From positions 1,916-65,915 of the forward strand of contig JACJXS010000011.1 of NCBI GenBank assembly GCA_020636545.1: DNA of 64,000 bases. Direction: 5' to 3'. A model generated the notes under the pieces. The model saw only the letters and a list, made by a program, of their open reading frames with translations, was not told the DNA's origin and searched no databases. Shown piece after piece: positions 55,729-64,000 of the stretch. Both the position numbers and the translations under genes were made by a program. How positions within the stretch are numbered: the first letter of the stretch is position 1; each line of letters opens with the position of its first letter. The stretch comes from Chitinophagales bacterium. Lineage in GTDB: Bacteria > Bacteroidota > Bacteroidia > Chitinophagales > JADIYW01.

Positions 55729-58700
55729 ATGCAAAATCCGACACCATATCAGCCTAAAAACAAAATTAGAATAGTAACCGCAGCTTCTCTTTTTGACGGT
55801 CATGATGTTGCTATCAATATTATGCGTAGAATTATGCAGTCTTCGGGTGCTGAAGTGATACATCTTGGACACAATCGAAGTGTAAAAGAGATTGTGGACT
55901 GTGCCATTCAAGAAGATGCAAATGCTATTGCTATTACATCTTATCAAGGTGGTCATGTTCGCTTCTTGAAATATATGTATGATTTGTTGCAAGAGCAAAA
56001 TAGCAATCAAATTAAAATTGTTGGCGGTGGTGGAGGAACTATTTTACCATCAGAAATTGAAGAATTAGAACAATATGGCATAGATAAAATTTATTCGCCA
56101 GATGATGGTCGTGAAATGGGTTTGCAAGGTATGATAAATGAAGTATTAGAAATTGCAGATTTCGCGACAGGAAAAGATATTAGTTTGGATACTGAATTAT
56201 TAAAACAAAAAAATACCAAACAAATTGCACAACTAATTTCTTGTGCTGAAAATTTCCCTAAGGAATTTGAAAAAACAGCAGCTCAAATCTCATCTCTCAC
56301 TGCTCACAATCAAACTCCAATTCTCGGAATTACTGGAACTGGCGGTGCTGGAAAGTCATCTCTAACCGATGAGATAGTACGCAGATTTTTATTAGATTTT
56401 CCAGATAAAACCGTAGCGATTATTTCCATTGACCCATCACGAAGAAAAACTGGAGGAGCCTTATTGGGCGATAGAATCCGAATGAATAGTATCAATAATG
56501 AACGTGTTTTTATGCGTTCGATGGCAACTCGTCAAACCAATGCTTCTATTTCTAAAGATGTTCAAGATGCTATCCAGATTTTAAAAGCTGCTGCTTATGA
56601 TTTAATCATTGTTGAAACTTCTGGAATTGGGCAGAGTGGTACTGAAATTATTGATATTGCTGATGTTTTCTTATATGTGATGACACCTGAATTTGGAGCT
56701 GCTTCACAATTGGAAAAAATTGATATGTTGGATTATGCAGATATTGTTGCTATCAATAAATTTGATAAGCGAGGAGCTCAAGATGCTTTAAGAGATGTCA
56801 AAAAACAGTACCAACGCAATAGAAACCTATGGGATAAAAATCCTGATGAAATGCCTGTTTTTGGTAGTATTGCAGCCCAATTTAATGATCCAGGAACTAA
56901 TGAACTATATCTAAATCTAATTCAAACAATCATTACGAAGACAAAAGTAGATTGGCGTAGTCAATTAAATTTAAAAACTGGAAATTCTGAAAAAATCTAT
57001 ATTATTCCACCAAACAGAACACGCTATTTATCTGAAATTGTAAAGACAAATAAAGATTATGATGTTTGGGTCAATGAACAAGCTGAAATTGCAAACGCAC
57101 TTTATGCTTTGGATAGAGTTCAGTCTATTGTTCAGAGTTCACAGTCCAATAAGAACCAAGAATCAAGAACCAAGAACCAAGAACTATTACCGATTGACCA
57201 ATTAAGGAATGAACAACAACAAAAACTGCATCATGATTGTAAACAAATTTTAGACAATTGGACAGAGAAAGTTCAATCTTATAAAAATAAAGAGTTTGTA
57301 TTTAAAGTTCGTGATAAAGAAATAAAAATTAAAACACATACCACTTCATTATCGCATCAAGAAATACCAAAAGTGGCACTTCCAAAATACACAGCTTGGG
57401 GTGATATTTTGAAATGGAATTTGCAAGAAAATGTACCAGGTAGTTTTCCATATACTGCTGGTGTCTTTCCTTTCAAAAGAGAAAATGAAGATCCTACAAG
57501 AATGTTTGCTGGAGAAGGTGGTCCTGAAAGAACCAATAAACGTTTTCATTATGTGTCTTTAGGTTTGCCTGCAAAAAGGTTATCAACTGCGTTTGATAGT
57601 GTTACTTTATATGGCAACAATCCAGATTTACGACCTGATATTTATGGAAAAATCGGTAATTCAGGCGTTTCAATTTGTACGCTAGATGATGCTAAAAAAC
57701 TGTATTCTGGATTTGATTTATGCAGTCCGACAACATCAGTTTCTATGACGATTAATGGACCAGCACCAACAATTTGTGCATTTTTTATGAATGCTGCAAT
57801 CGACCAACAATGTGAAAAGTATATCAAGGAAAATAATTTAACTACAATAGTAGAACAAAAGATTGATGCAATTTATAAAGCAAAAAATGTCACTCGTCCT
57901 TGTTATTATGGAAAATTACCTGAAGGTAATGACGGTTTAGGTTTGATGCTTTTAGGCGTTACAGGCGACCAAGTTTTAGAAAAAGATATTTATGAAAAAA
58001 TAAAAAAATATACACTTTCTCAAGTTCGAGGAACTGTCCAAGCTGATATTTTAAAAGAAGATCAAGCACAAAACACTTGTATCTTTTCTACAGAGTTTTC
58101 ATTAAAATTGATGGGTGATGTACAAAGCTATTTTGTAGAAAATAAAGTACGTAATTTTTATTCTGTTTCAATTTCTGGTTATCATATTGCCGAAGCTGGA
58201 GCGAACCCAATATCTCAGCTGGCATTTACATTAGCCAATGGCTTTACATTTGTAGAATATTATTTATCCAGAGGAATGCATATCGATGATTTTGCACCAA
58301 ACTTATCGTTCTTTTTCTCCAATGGTATAGACCCAGAGTATGCTGTAATAGGTCGTGTTGCTCGAAAAATATGGGCAAAAGCAATGAAATATTTGTACAA
58401 AGGCGATGAAAGAAGTCAGAAATTAAAATATCATGTACAAACATCTGGAAGAAGCTTACACGCTCAAGAAATAAGTTTTAATGATATTCGTACAACATTG
58501 CAAGCATTGTATGCTATTTATGATAACTGCAATTCCTTACATACCAATGCTTATGATGAAGCAATTACCACACCAACCGAAGAAAGTGTGCGTAGAGCAA
58601 TGGCAATTCAATTAATTATCAATAAAGAATTAGGGTTGGCAAAAAATGAAAATCCTTTACAAGGTTCTTTTATTATTGAAGAATTGACTGATTTGGTAGA

Positions 58701-59127
58701 AGAAGCAGTTTATACAGAATTTGAGAGAATGACGGAGCGTGGAGGTGTTTTGGGAGCAATGGAAACTATGTATCAACGTGGAAAAATTCAGGAAGAAAGT
58801 ATGTATTATGAAAACTTGAAACATACAGGAAATTATCCAATTATTGGTGTAAATACTTTTTTATCCTCAAAAGGTTCACCAACTGTAATTCCAGATGAAG
58901 TGATAAGAAGTACCGATGAAGAAAAAAATAATCAGATTGATAATTTGAATGCACTGCATCAACGAAATGAAAATGATTCGATAAAGCTTCTAAAAACATT
59001 ACAACAAACAGCATTAGAAAATAAAAATGTATTTGAAGTCTTAATGGAAACAGTAAAATATTGCAGTTTAGGACAAATTACTCAAGCACTTTTTGAAGTT
59101 GGTGGTCAGTATAGAAGAAATATGTAG
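55729..59127 (+). CDS. icmF: fused isobutyryl-CoA mutase (B12-binding domain, MeaB-like G-protein, mutase substrate domain)
   Basis: N-terminal B12 domain ([16 protein letters not shown]), a central P-loop GTPase ([18 protein letters not shown]), and a C-terminal acyl-CoA mutase TIM-barrel region. 1132 aa with the IcmF domain order. Confidence 0.85.
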   Translation: MQNPTPYQPKNKIRIVTAASLFDGHDVAINIMRRIMQSSGAEVIHLGHNRSVKEIVDCAIQEDANAIAITSYQGGHVRFLKYMYDLLQEQNSNQIKIVGGGGGTILPSEIEELEQYGIDKIYSPDDGREMGLQGMINEVLEIADFATGKDISLDTELLKQKNTKQIAQLISCAENFPKEFEKTAAQISSLTAHNQTPILGITGTGGAGKSSLTDEIVRRFLLDFPDKTVAIISIDPSRRKTGGALLGDRIRMNSINNERVFMRSMATRQTNASISKDVQDAIQILKAAAYDLIIVETSGIGQSGTEIIDIADVFLYVMTPEFGAASQLEKIDMLDYADIVAINKFDKRGAQDALRDVKKQYQRNRNLWDKNPDEMPVFGSIAAQFNDPGTNELYLNLIQTIITKTKVDWRSQLNLKTGNSEKIYIIPPNRTRYLSEIVKTNKDYDVWVNEQAEIANALYALDRVQSIVQSSQSNKNQESRTKNQELLPIDQLRNEQQQKLHHDCKQILDNWTEKVQSYKNKEFVFKVRDKEIKIKTHTTSLSHQEIPKVALPKYTAWGDILKWNLQENVPGSFPYTAGVFPFKRENEDPTRMFAGEGGPERTNKRFHYVSLGLPAKRLSTAFDSVTLYGNNPDLRPDIYGKIGNSGVSICTLDDAKKLYSGFDLCSPTTSVSMTINGPAPTICAFFMNAAIDQQCEKYIKENNLTTIVEQKIDAIYKAKNVTRPCYYGKLPEGNDGLGLMLLGVTGDQVLEKDIYEKIKKYTLSQVRGTVQADILKEDQAQNTCIFSTEFSLKLMGDVQSYFVENKVRNFYSVSISGYHIAEAGANPISQLAFTLANGFTFVEYYLSRGMHIDDFAPNLSFFFSNGIDPEYAVIGRVARKIWAKAMKYLYKGDERSQKLKYHVQTSGRSLHAQEISFNDIRTTLQALYAIYDNCNSLHTNAYDEAITTPTEESVRRAMAIQLIINKELGLAKNENPLQGSFIIEELTDLVEEAVYTEFERMTERGGVLGAMETMYQRGKIQEESMYYENLKHTGNYPIIGVNTFLSSKGSPTVIPDEVIRSTDEEKNNQIDNLNALHQRNENDSIKLLKTLQQTALENKNVFEVLMETVKYCSLGQITQALFEVGGQYRRNM
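57151..57185 (+). repeat. five tandem AAGAAYY heptamers inside the icmF linker
   Basis: aagaacc aagaatc aagaacc aagaacc aagaact, translated in frame as [12 protein letters not shown]. The same CAAGAAY motif occurs in the intergenic modular elements. Confidence 0.85.
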
Positions 59128-59186
59128 GCATTGAAATAAGCAGCTTGTTGATATCAACCAACAATATGCTTATTCTATCAAAGATT

Positions 59187-60146
59187 CTAAATTAATGCAG
59201 GGCGTTCACTAATTTCATGGTAACATATTACATCTTTTGTGAAATAGTGAGTTACCATACTTTTCCTCGTTAATTTAGGGTTTTGAATAGGTAAGCCTCT
59301 ATGAATTAAGTTGCTATGCCAAATTAACACATCTCCTTTCTTTGCAGTTAGAATTGAAGGTTTAAGATGATTGTCTTTTATCAATTTCGCTGTTTTAATT
59401 TCATGTTTTAAATTTGCATTTGCATCAAGAAAAAGAAAATTATTTTTTGCTCCAATATCTTTATTGGTTAAGTAGGGTAATTGATGAGAACCTGGATAAT
59501 ATGCTATCGCTCCTGCTTCTAATTGAATATCTTCTAAAGCAATCCAAGCCGCAATTAAATTTCCTTGTGGATATGTACTCATGTGAATAGCATCACTATG
59601 CGGAGCTTGTTCACTACCTTGAATAAAATTTATAGTTTGGAACGGGATTACTGGGTTTTCTAAAATAAATTCTAAAATTGATTTTAGTCTTGAATCTTGA
59701 ATTGTTTGGCGTATAATTTCAGAATATTGAAAAGCATTCATTACCTTTCTTTTGGTATAATTAAATTGCAACATTTCAGTTTCCAATAGCAATTCAATTT
59801 CTTGATTAATTTTATCAATTATGGTGTCCTTATAAAATGAAGGCAAAACTAAAAAACCATTTTTATGCCAATCTAACAAAGCTGATTGAACAGATTTGTC
59901 GAATTGCATATAAACTGGATGTTCCACTAATTTTTCTGGTGTAACAGGATAGTCCAACCAAGGTAATCGATTGGGTTTGCCTATAAAATCTTTTGAAGAT
60001 ATAGATGAATATACAGATTTATTTATACCAAATCTTTTATATAAATCTTTATTACGTTTGAGTTTTTGTCGATTGATATAATTATAAATAAAATGCAACA
60101 AACGCAGGTTTCGCCAAAAGCCAGTATATGTTTGTATCCATTTCAT
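59187..60146 (-). CDS. phytanoyl-CoA dioxygenase (PhyH)-family Fe(II)/2-oxoglutarate oxygenase
   Basis: HSD facial-triad context (QAPHSDAIH), YPGSH, and IWHSNLIHRG. Confidence 0.65.
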   Translation of the reverse strand: MKWIQTYTGFWRNLRLLHFIYNYINRQKLKRNKDLYKRFGINKSVYSSISSKDFIGKPNRLPWLDYPVTPEKLVEHPVYMQFDKSVQSALLDWHKNGFLVLPSFYKDTIIDKINQEIELLLETEMLQFNYTKRKVMNAFQYSEIIRQTIQDSRLKSILEFILENPVIPFQTINFIQGSEQAPHSDAIHMSTYPQGNLIAAWIALEDIQLEAGAIAYYPGSHQLPYLTNKDIGAKNNFLFLDANANLKHEIKTAKLIKDNHLKPSILTAKKGDVLIWHSNLIHRGLPIQNPKLTRKSMVTHYFTKDVICYHEISERPALI

Positions 60147-60159
60147 TTAGACAACAAGC

Positions 60160-61578
60160 CTATTTTTTATTAAATTGAGCGTATAAGCTTGCAGCCATAA
60201 TACTTGCCATCTTCAATTCTTTCTGATTTATATTAGTTGGATGGAAATAATTATCAACAAATTTTGTATCAAAATCGCCTGAAATAAAAGCAGGGTGGTT
60301 TAATACAAATTTTCCAAAACCTAAAGTTGTTTTAACTCCTTCAATTTTATAATCATCAATAGTATTTAATAATTTTTGGATTGCTGCATCTCGATTTTCT
60401 GCATGAGCAATTAATTTGGCAATCATTGGGTCATAATAAATTGGGATTTCCATACCTTCATCAAAACCATCATCAACTCGCACACCATCACCAGTTGGAA
60501 CTTGATATGTATCCAATGTTCCGATATCTGGTAGAAAATTATTGTTTGGATCTTCAGCATATACACGCAACTCAATTGAATGTCCATTAATTTTTAAATC
60601 CTCTTGTGAAAAAGAAAGTGGCTTCCCTTCTGCAATTTGAATTTGTTCCTTAACTAAATCTTTTCCAGTAATCATTTCAGTAACTGGATGTTCTACTTGC
60701 AAACGAGTATTCATTTCCAAGAAATAGAAATCTAAATTATTATTGGCGATAAATTCTACAGTTCCTGCACCCACATAATTTACTGCTTTGGCAACATTCA
60801 CTGCTGCTTCTCCCATTTTCTTACGAACTTCAGGTGTTAATAAAGCTGATGGAGCTTCCTCCACAACCTTTTGATGTCGGCGTTGTACAGAACATTCTCG
60901 TTCAAATAAATAAACGACATTACCATGTGCATCGCCTAAAACTTGGATTTCGATATGTCGAGGAGATTGTACAAACTTTTCAATAAAAACAGCACCATCA
61001 CCAAATGCAGAAACAGCTTCTGAAACAGCTAAGTTCATTTGTTCTTCAAATTCTGCTTCATTTTCAACTACACGCATACCTTTTCCACCGCCACCTGCAC
61101 TGGCTTTAATCAAAATTGGGAATCCAATTTCGGCTGCTAATTTTTTAGCTTCAGCAATATCTGTAATGGGTTGGTCTGTTCCAGGTACTAAAGGCACATT
61201 ATATTTTCCGACAGCTTGTTTAGCTGCTAATTTACTGCCCATCACTTCTATTGCCAATACACTAGGTCCTATAAAAACAATACCATTTTCTTCACACGCT
61301 TTTGCAAACTGAGCATTTTCAGAAAGAAAGCCATAACCTGGATGTACACCATCAACATTGAGTTGCTTGCATACTTTTATGATTTTATCTATATCCAAAT
61401 AGGATTGCTTAGATGCAGGTTCTCCAATGCAAACCGCTTCGTCAGCAAAGCGTACATGAGGTGATTTTCTATCTGCTGTAGAATATACTGCAACTGTAGC
61501 TATTCCCATTTTTTTACAAGTACGCATTACTCTCAATGCAATCTCTCCTCTATTAGCAACTAATATTTTTTTCATCAA
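60160..61578 (-). CDS. accC: biotin carboxylase subunit (acetyl-/acyl-CoA carboxylase)
   Basis: KILVANRGEIA, ATP-grasp GGGGKGMR, EMNTRLQVEHPVTE. 472 aa with no attached BCCP domain. Confidence 0.85.
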   Translation of the reverse strand: MMKKILVANRGEIALRVMRTCKKMGIATVAVYSTADRKSPHVRFADEAVCIGEPASKQSYLDIDKIIKVCKQLNVDGVHPGYGFLSENAQFAKACEENGIVFIGPSVLAIEVMGSKLAAKQAVGKYNVPLVPGTDQPITDIAEAKKLAAEIGFPILIKASAGGGGKGMRVVENEAEFEEQMNLAVSEAVSAFGDGAVFIEKFVQSPRHIEIQVLGDAHGNVVYLFERECSVQRRHQKVVEEAPSALLTPEVRKKMGEAAVNVAKAVNYVGAGTVEFIANNNLDFYFLEMNTRLQVEHPVTEMITGKDLVKEQIQIAEGKPLSFSQEDLKINGHSIELRVYAEDPNNNFLPDIGTLDTYQVPTGDGVRVDDGFDEGMEIPIYYDPMIAKLIAHAENRDAAIQKLLNTIDDYKIEGVKTTLGFGKFVLNHPAFISGDFDTKFVDNYFHPTNINQKELKMASIMAASLYAQFNKK

Positions 61579-61604
61579 GGCTAAAATATGAAAATATATA
61601 GAAT

Positions 61605-61612
61605 TATCTTTG
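61605..61612 (+). promoter_or_regulatory. TAnnTTTG -7 box (tatctttg) upstream of ccmB
   Basis: Exact consensus match, ending 7 nt before the ccmB ATG. Confidence 0.45.
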
Positions 61613-61619
61613 CAATCGC

Positions 61620-62276
61620 ATGGATTTGCAAATTATTTATATTTTGTTAAAAAAGGAGTTTTTATTGGAATGGCGTTCAAAAGCATCAATAGGAAGCTTA
61701 TTGGTACACGCATTAGCCACGATTTTTTTTATTTATATGATATTTAATGGAGATATCAACTTCATTACTTGGTTAGCACTTTTTTGGGTAATTAATTTAT
61801 TTTCTGTTATTCAAATTACAGCACGAACATTCCAAAAAGATGCCAATGAACATTTTTATTATTTAAAACAACTAGCCTCTGCACAACATATTATACTGTC
61901 TAAAATTATATACAATACGATATTTATTATCATCATATCCTTCATTGTATTTCTATTTATGCAATTATTCTTTTCACAGCAAGTTACCTACTTGGGTATT
62001 TTTTCATTAACTATACTATTAGCATCTTTAGGCTTTTCGGCATTATTTTCATTACTATCAGGCATTTCAGCTAAAACACAAAACATGGTTTTATTGGCAG
62101 TTTTGGGCTTACCAATTATTTTACCACTCATTTTAATTATTTCAAAACTAAGTGCATTAGCAGATTTCTACACGACTATTAACGATATTTATATTTTTTT
62201 AAGTGCTGCTGTGCTATTAGATATTACAATTTTAATACTTGCTATCATCTTATTTCCTTACCTTTGGAAAGATTAA
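61620..62276 (+). CDS. ccmB: heme exporter protein B (cytochrome c maturation)
   Basis: 218 aa with six predicted TM helices and an N-terminal LLKKEFLLEWRSK pattern. Directly followed by ccmC. Confidence 0.65.
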   Translation: MDLQIIYILLKKEFLLEWRSKASIGSLLVHALATIFFIYMIFNGDINFITWLALFWVINLFSVIQITARTFQKDANEHFYYLKQLASAQHIILSKIIYNTIFIIIISFIVFLFMQLFFSQQVTYLGIFSLTILLASLGFSALFSLLSGISAKTQNMVLLAVLGLPIILPLILIISKLSALADFYTTINDIYIFLSAAVLLDITILILAIILFPYLWKD

Positions 62277-62288
62277 TTTTTGGAAATT

Positions 62289-62963
62289 ATGAAGCAAAAT
62301 TGGTGGAAATTTGTGGCGAGTATATTTTTGATATATAGTTTGATTGCTGGATTTTTATTACCTATTCCAGAATTAAATATTTTAGAACAGTCTATACGTA
62401 ATTTATTTTTCCATGTTCCGATGTGGTTTTCTATGATGGCGATGATGTTTATTTCTTTGTGGTATAGCATTAAATATTTAAACTCCAACAAAACAATTTA
62501 TGATATAAAAGCGAGTGCATTTGCACAAGTTGGCTTTGTACTTGGGTTATTAGGCATAACAACAGGTTCAGTTTGGGCAAAAGTAACGTGGGGTGCTTGG
62601 TGGGTTTTTTCAGAACCCAAATTAAATGGGGCAGCAGCAGCTTTATTGGTTTATGCTGCATATTTTATACTCCGAAGCTCGTTTGATGATGAAGAAAAAA
62701 CAGCTAGATTTAGTGCCGTATATAACTTATTTGCTTTTGTAATGTTTATGGTTTTTATCAATATTTTACCAAGATTAACAGATTCATTACACCCAGGTAA
62801 TGGTGGAAATCCTGGATTTAATGCTTATGATTTAGATAGCAGACTTAGAGCCGTTTTTTATCCTGCATGTATAGGCTGGATAGCCATTGCCTATTGGATA
62901 GGAAATATTGTAGTACGTATTAAGCAATTAAATCGCAAAATTTTAATGCTCGAAATAGATTAG
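62289..62963 (+). CDS. ccmC: heme exporter protein C (cytochrome c assembly)
   Basis: Polytopic membrane protein with the Trp-rich motif WAKVTWGAWWVFSEPKLNG and conserved His contexts. ATG at 62289 preferred over the TTG at 62280. Confidence 0.7.
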   Translation: MKQNWWKFVASIFLIYSLIAGFLLPIPELNILEQSIRNLFFHVPMWFSMMAMMFISLWYSIKYLNSNKTIYDIKASAFAQVGFVLGLLGITTGSVWAKVTWGAWWVFSEPKLNGAAAALLVYAAYFILRSSFDDEEKTARFSAVYNLFAFVMFMVFINILPRLTDSLHPGNGGNPGFNAYDLDSRLRAVFYPACIGWIAIAYWIGNIVVRIKQLNRKILMLEID

Positions 62964-62970
62964 AAGACTT

Positions 62971-64000
62971 ATGAATTTGAAGCCTTTTTTATTTTTTATA
63001 TTTGTTATATATTTTGTTTTTTTGAATGGTGCTGAAAATGGCTACAAATATTGGAAGAAAGCCAATCAACTATTTGAACAAAAGAAATATCAAGAAGCTT
63101 TAATTTATTATGATAAGATAGATAAAAGTATTGACATCTTAGATGTAAAAATTAATTCAGCTCGTTGCTTTTATTTCTTAGAAAAATTTTCTGAAGCAGA
63201 AAATGCCTATCAAAAAATTATAGAAATACCTAATATCAATTTAGATGTTTATAAAGAATATGCCAATATTTTAATCAAAAATGGTAAAGCTAATGAAGCA
63301 AAAATATGGGATAAAAAATATATTGAGGAAAACATAAAACAACAAAAATTTATTACCGAAATTCCTGCTAAACCAACTAAAGAAATTAGTAACAAGACTA
63401 AAGAAGTAAGTAATAAGAATGATAAGAAGCAAAAGGATACTACAGCTAAGACAATTAAAACGCCTAAAGTCAAACCTATTAAGGATACTGTAAAGATTGA
63501 AAAGCCTAAAGAAATTAGTAATAAGACAAAAGTAGTAAGTGATAAGAAAGATAAGGAGCAAAAGGATACTACAGCTAAGACAATTAAAACGCCTAAAGTC
63601 AAACCTATTAAGGATACTATAAAGATTGAAAAGCCTAAAGAAATTAGTAATAAGACAAAAGTAGTAAGTAATAAGAAAGATAAGGAGCAAAAGGATACTA
63701 CAGCTAAGACAATTAAAACGCCTAAAGTCAAACCTATTAAGGATACTGTAAAGATTGAAAAGCCTAAAGAAATTAGTAACAAGACTAAAGAAGTAAGTAA
63801 TAAGAATGATAAGAAGCAAAAGGATACTACAGCTAAGACAATTAAAACGCCTAAAGTCAAACCTATTAAGGATACTATAAAGATTGAAAAGCCTAAAGAA
63901 ATTAGTAACAAGACTAAAGAAGTAAGTGACAAGAAAGATAAGGAGCAAAAGGATACTACAGCTAAGACAATTAAAACGCCTAAAGTCAAACCTATTAAGG
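62971..64000 (+). CDS. secreted/membrane-anchored protein with TPR-like N-terminal region and Lys-rich 43-aa tandem repeats, 3'-truncated by window edge
   Basis: Hand translation from the ATG at 62971 stays open to the window end: MNLKPFLFFIFVIYFVFLNGAENGYKYWKKANQLFEQKKYQEALIYYDK...KEISNKTKEVSNKNDKKQKDTTAKTIKTPKVKPIKDTVKIEKP repeated. It is absent from the ORF track because it has no stop inside the window. Confidence 0.75.
   Translation, partial: MNLKPFLFFIFVIYFVFLNGAENGYKYWKKANQLFEQKKYQEALIYYDKIDKSIDILDVKINSARCFYFLEKFSEAENAYQKIIEIPNINLDVYKEYANILIKNGKANEAKIWDKKYIEENIKQQKFITEIPAKPTKEISNKTKEVSNKNDKKQKDTTAKTIKTPKVKPIKDTVKIEKPKEISNKTKVVSDKKDKEQKDTTAKTIKTPKVKPIKDTIKIEKPKEISNKTKVVSNKKDKEQKDTTAKTIKTPKVKPIKDTVKIEKPKEISNKTKEVSNKNDKKQKDTTAKTIKTPKVKPIKDTIKIEKPKEISNKTKEVSDKKDKEQKDTTAKTIKTPKVKPIK
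63379..64000 (+). repeat. 129-bp tandem repeat, at least 4.8 copies, in frame
   Basis: Unit starts at 63379, 63508, 63637, 63766 and 63895. The units differ only at a few positions, which occur in mosaic combinations. Confidence 0.95.

Noticed and set aside
55702-56010. 102-aa - strand ORF overlapping the icmF start
   Set aside because: It is antisense to the strongly conserved B12-binding domain coding sequence and has no recognisable features.
57151-57185. Classing the icmF heptamer tract as a demonstrated phase-variation switch
   Set aside because: The five units are imperfect, with only ~20 nt perfectly repeated, and there is no population data. It is kept as a hypothesis in the findings and is not called a regulatory feature.
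63249-63989. Two long - strand ORFs (246 and 225 aa) across the tandem repeat region
   Set aside because: They encode repetitive hydrophobic low-complexity sequence and are antisense shadows of the 129-bp repeat. The + strand frame gives a coherent protein with an N-terminal signal/anchor that continues from a proper ATG at 62971.

Overview
AT-rich chromosomal segment, almost certainly from a member of Bacteroidota. Evidence: several proteins end in T9SS C-terminal sorting domains, TAnnTTTG-type -7 promoter boxes sit upstream of genes, the primary sigma factor is short (~290 aa), and LptD/OstA/MlaD envelope genes are present. The backbone is housekeeping: menC-menE, truB, a cysteine desulfurase, lpxA, comEC, kdsA, dapA, tRNA-Asp, rpoD, lptD, ffh, mnmD, rpe, acnB, fused isobutyryl-CoA mutase icmF, a biotin carboxylase and ccmBC. 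Three accessory stretches interrupt it. (1) 3.5-17 kb holds a tandemly duplicated AbiEii-like nucleotidyltransferase toxin pair with one truncated copy. It also holds two secreted-protein genes that are each split by a frameshift and a 2,200-aa multidomain T9SS surface protein. All are embedded in unusual modular heptamer-repeat elements. (2) 23.3-23.9 kb is a GIY-YIG nuclease cassette flanked by direct repeats of the tRNA-Asp 3' part plus its terminator. (3) 49.7-55.7 kb lies between acnB and icmF. It carries an AAA+/DUF4143-type ATPase bracketed by ~78-bp double-hairpin palindromic elements. It also carries a 3.2-kb XRE / FISUMP-lipoprotein / secreted-protein segment bounded by two diverged copies of the icmF promoter and first 97 codons, which differ mostly at synonymous sites. 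The window ends in a gene the ORF track missed: a + strand protein with 129-bp (43-aa) Lys-rich tandem repeats. No rRNA, CRISPR array, integrase or transposase was seen. All functional calls come from motif recognition by eye, with no database search.
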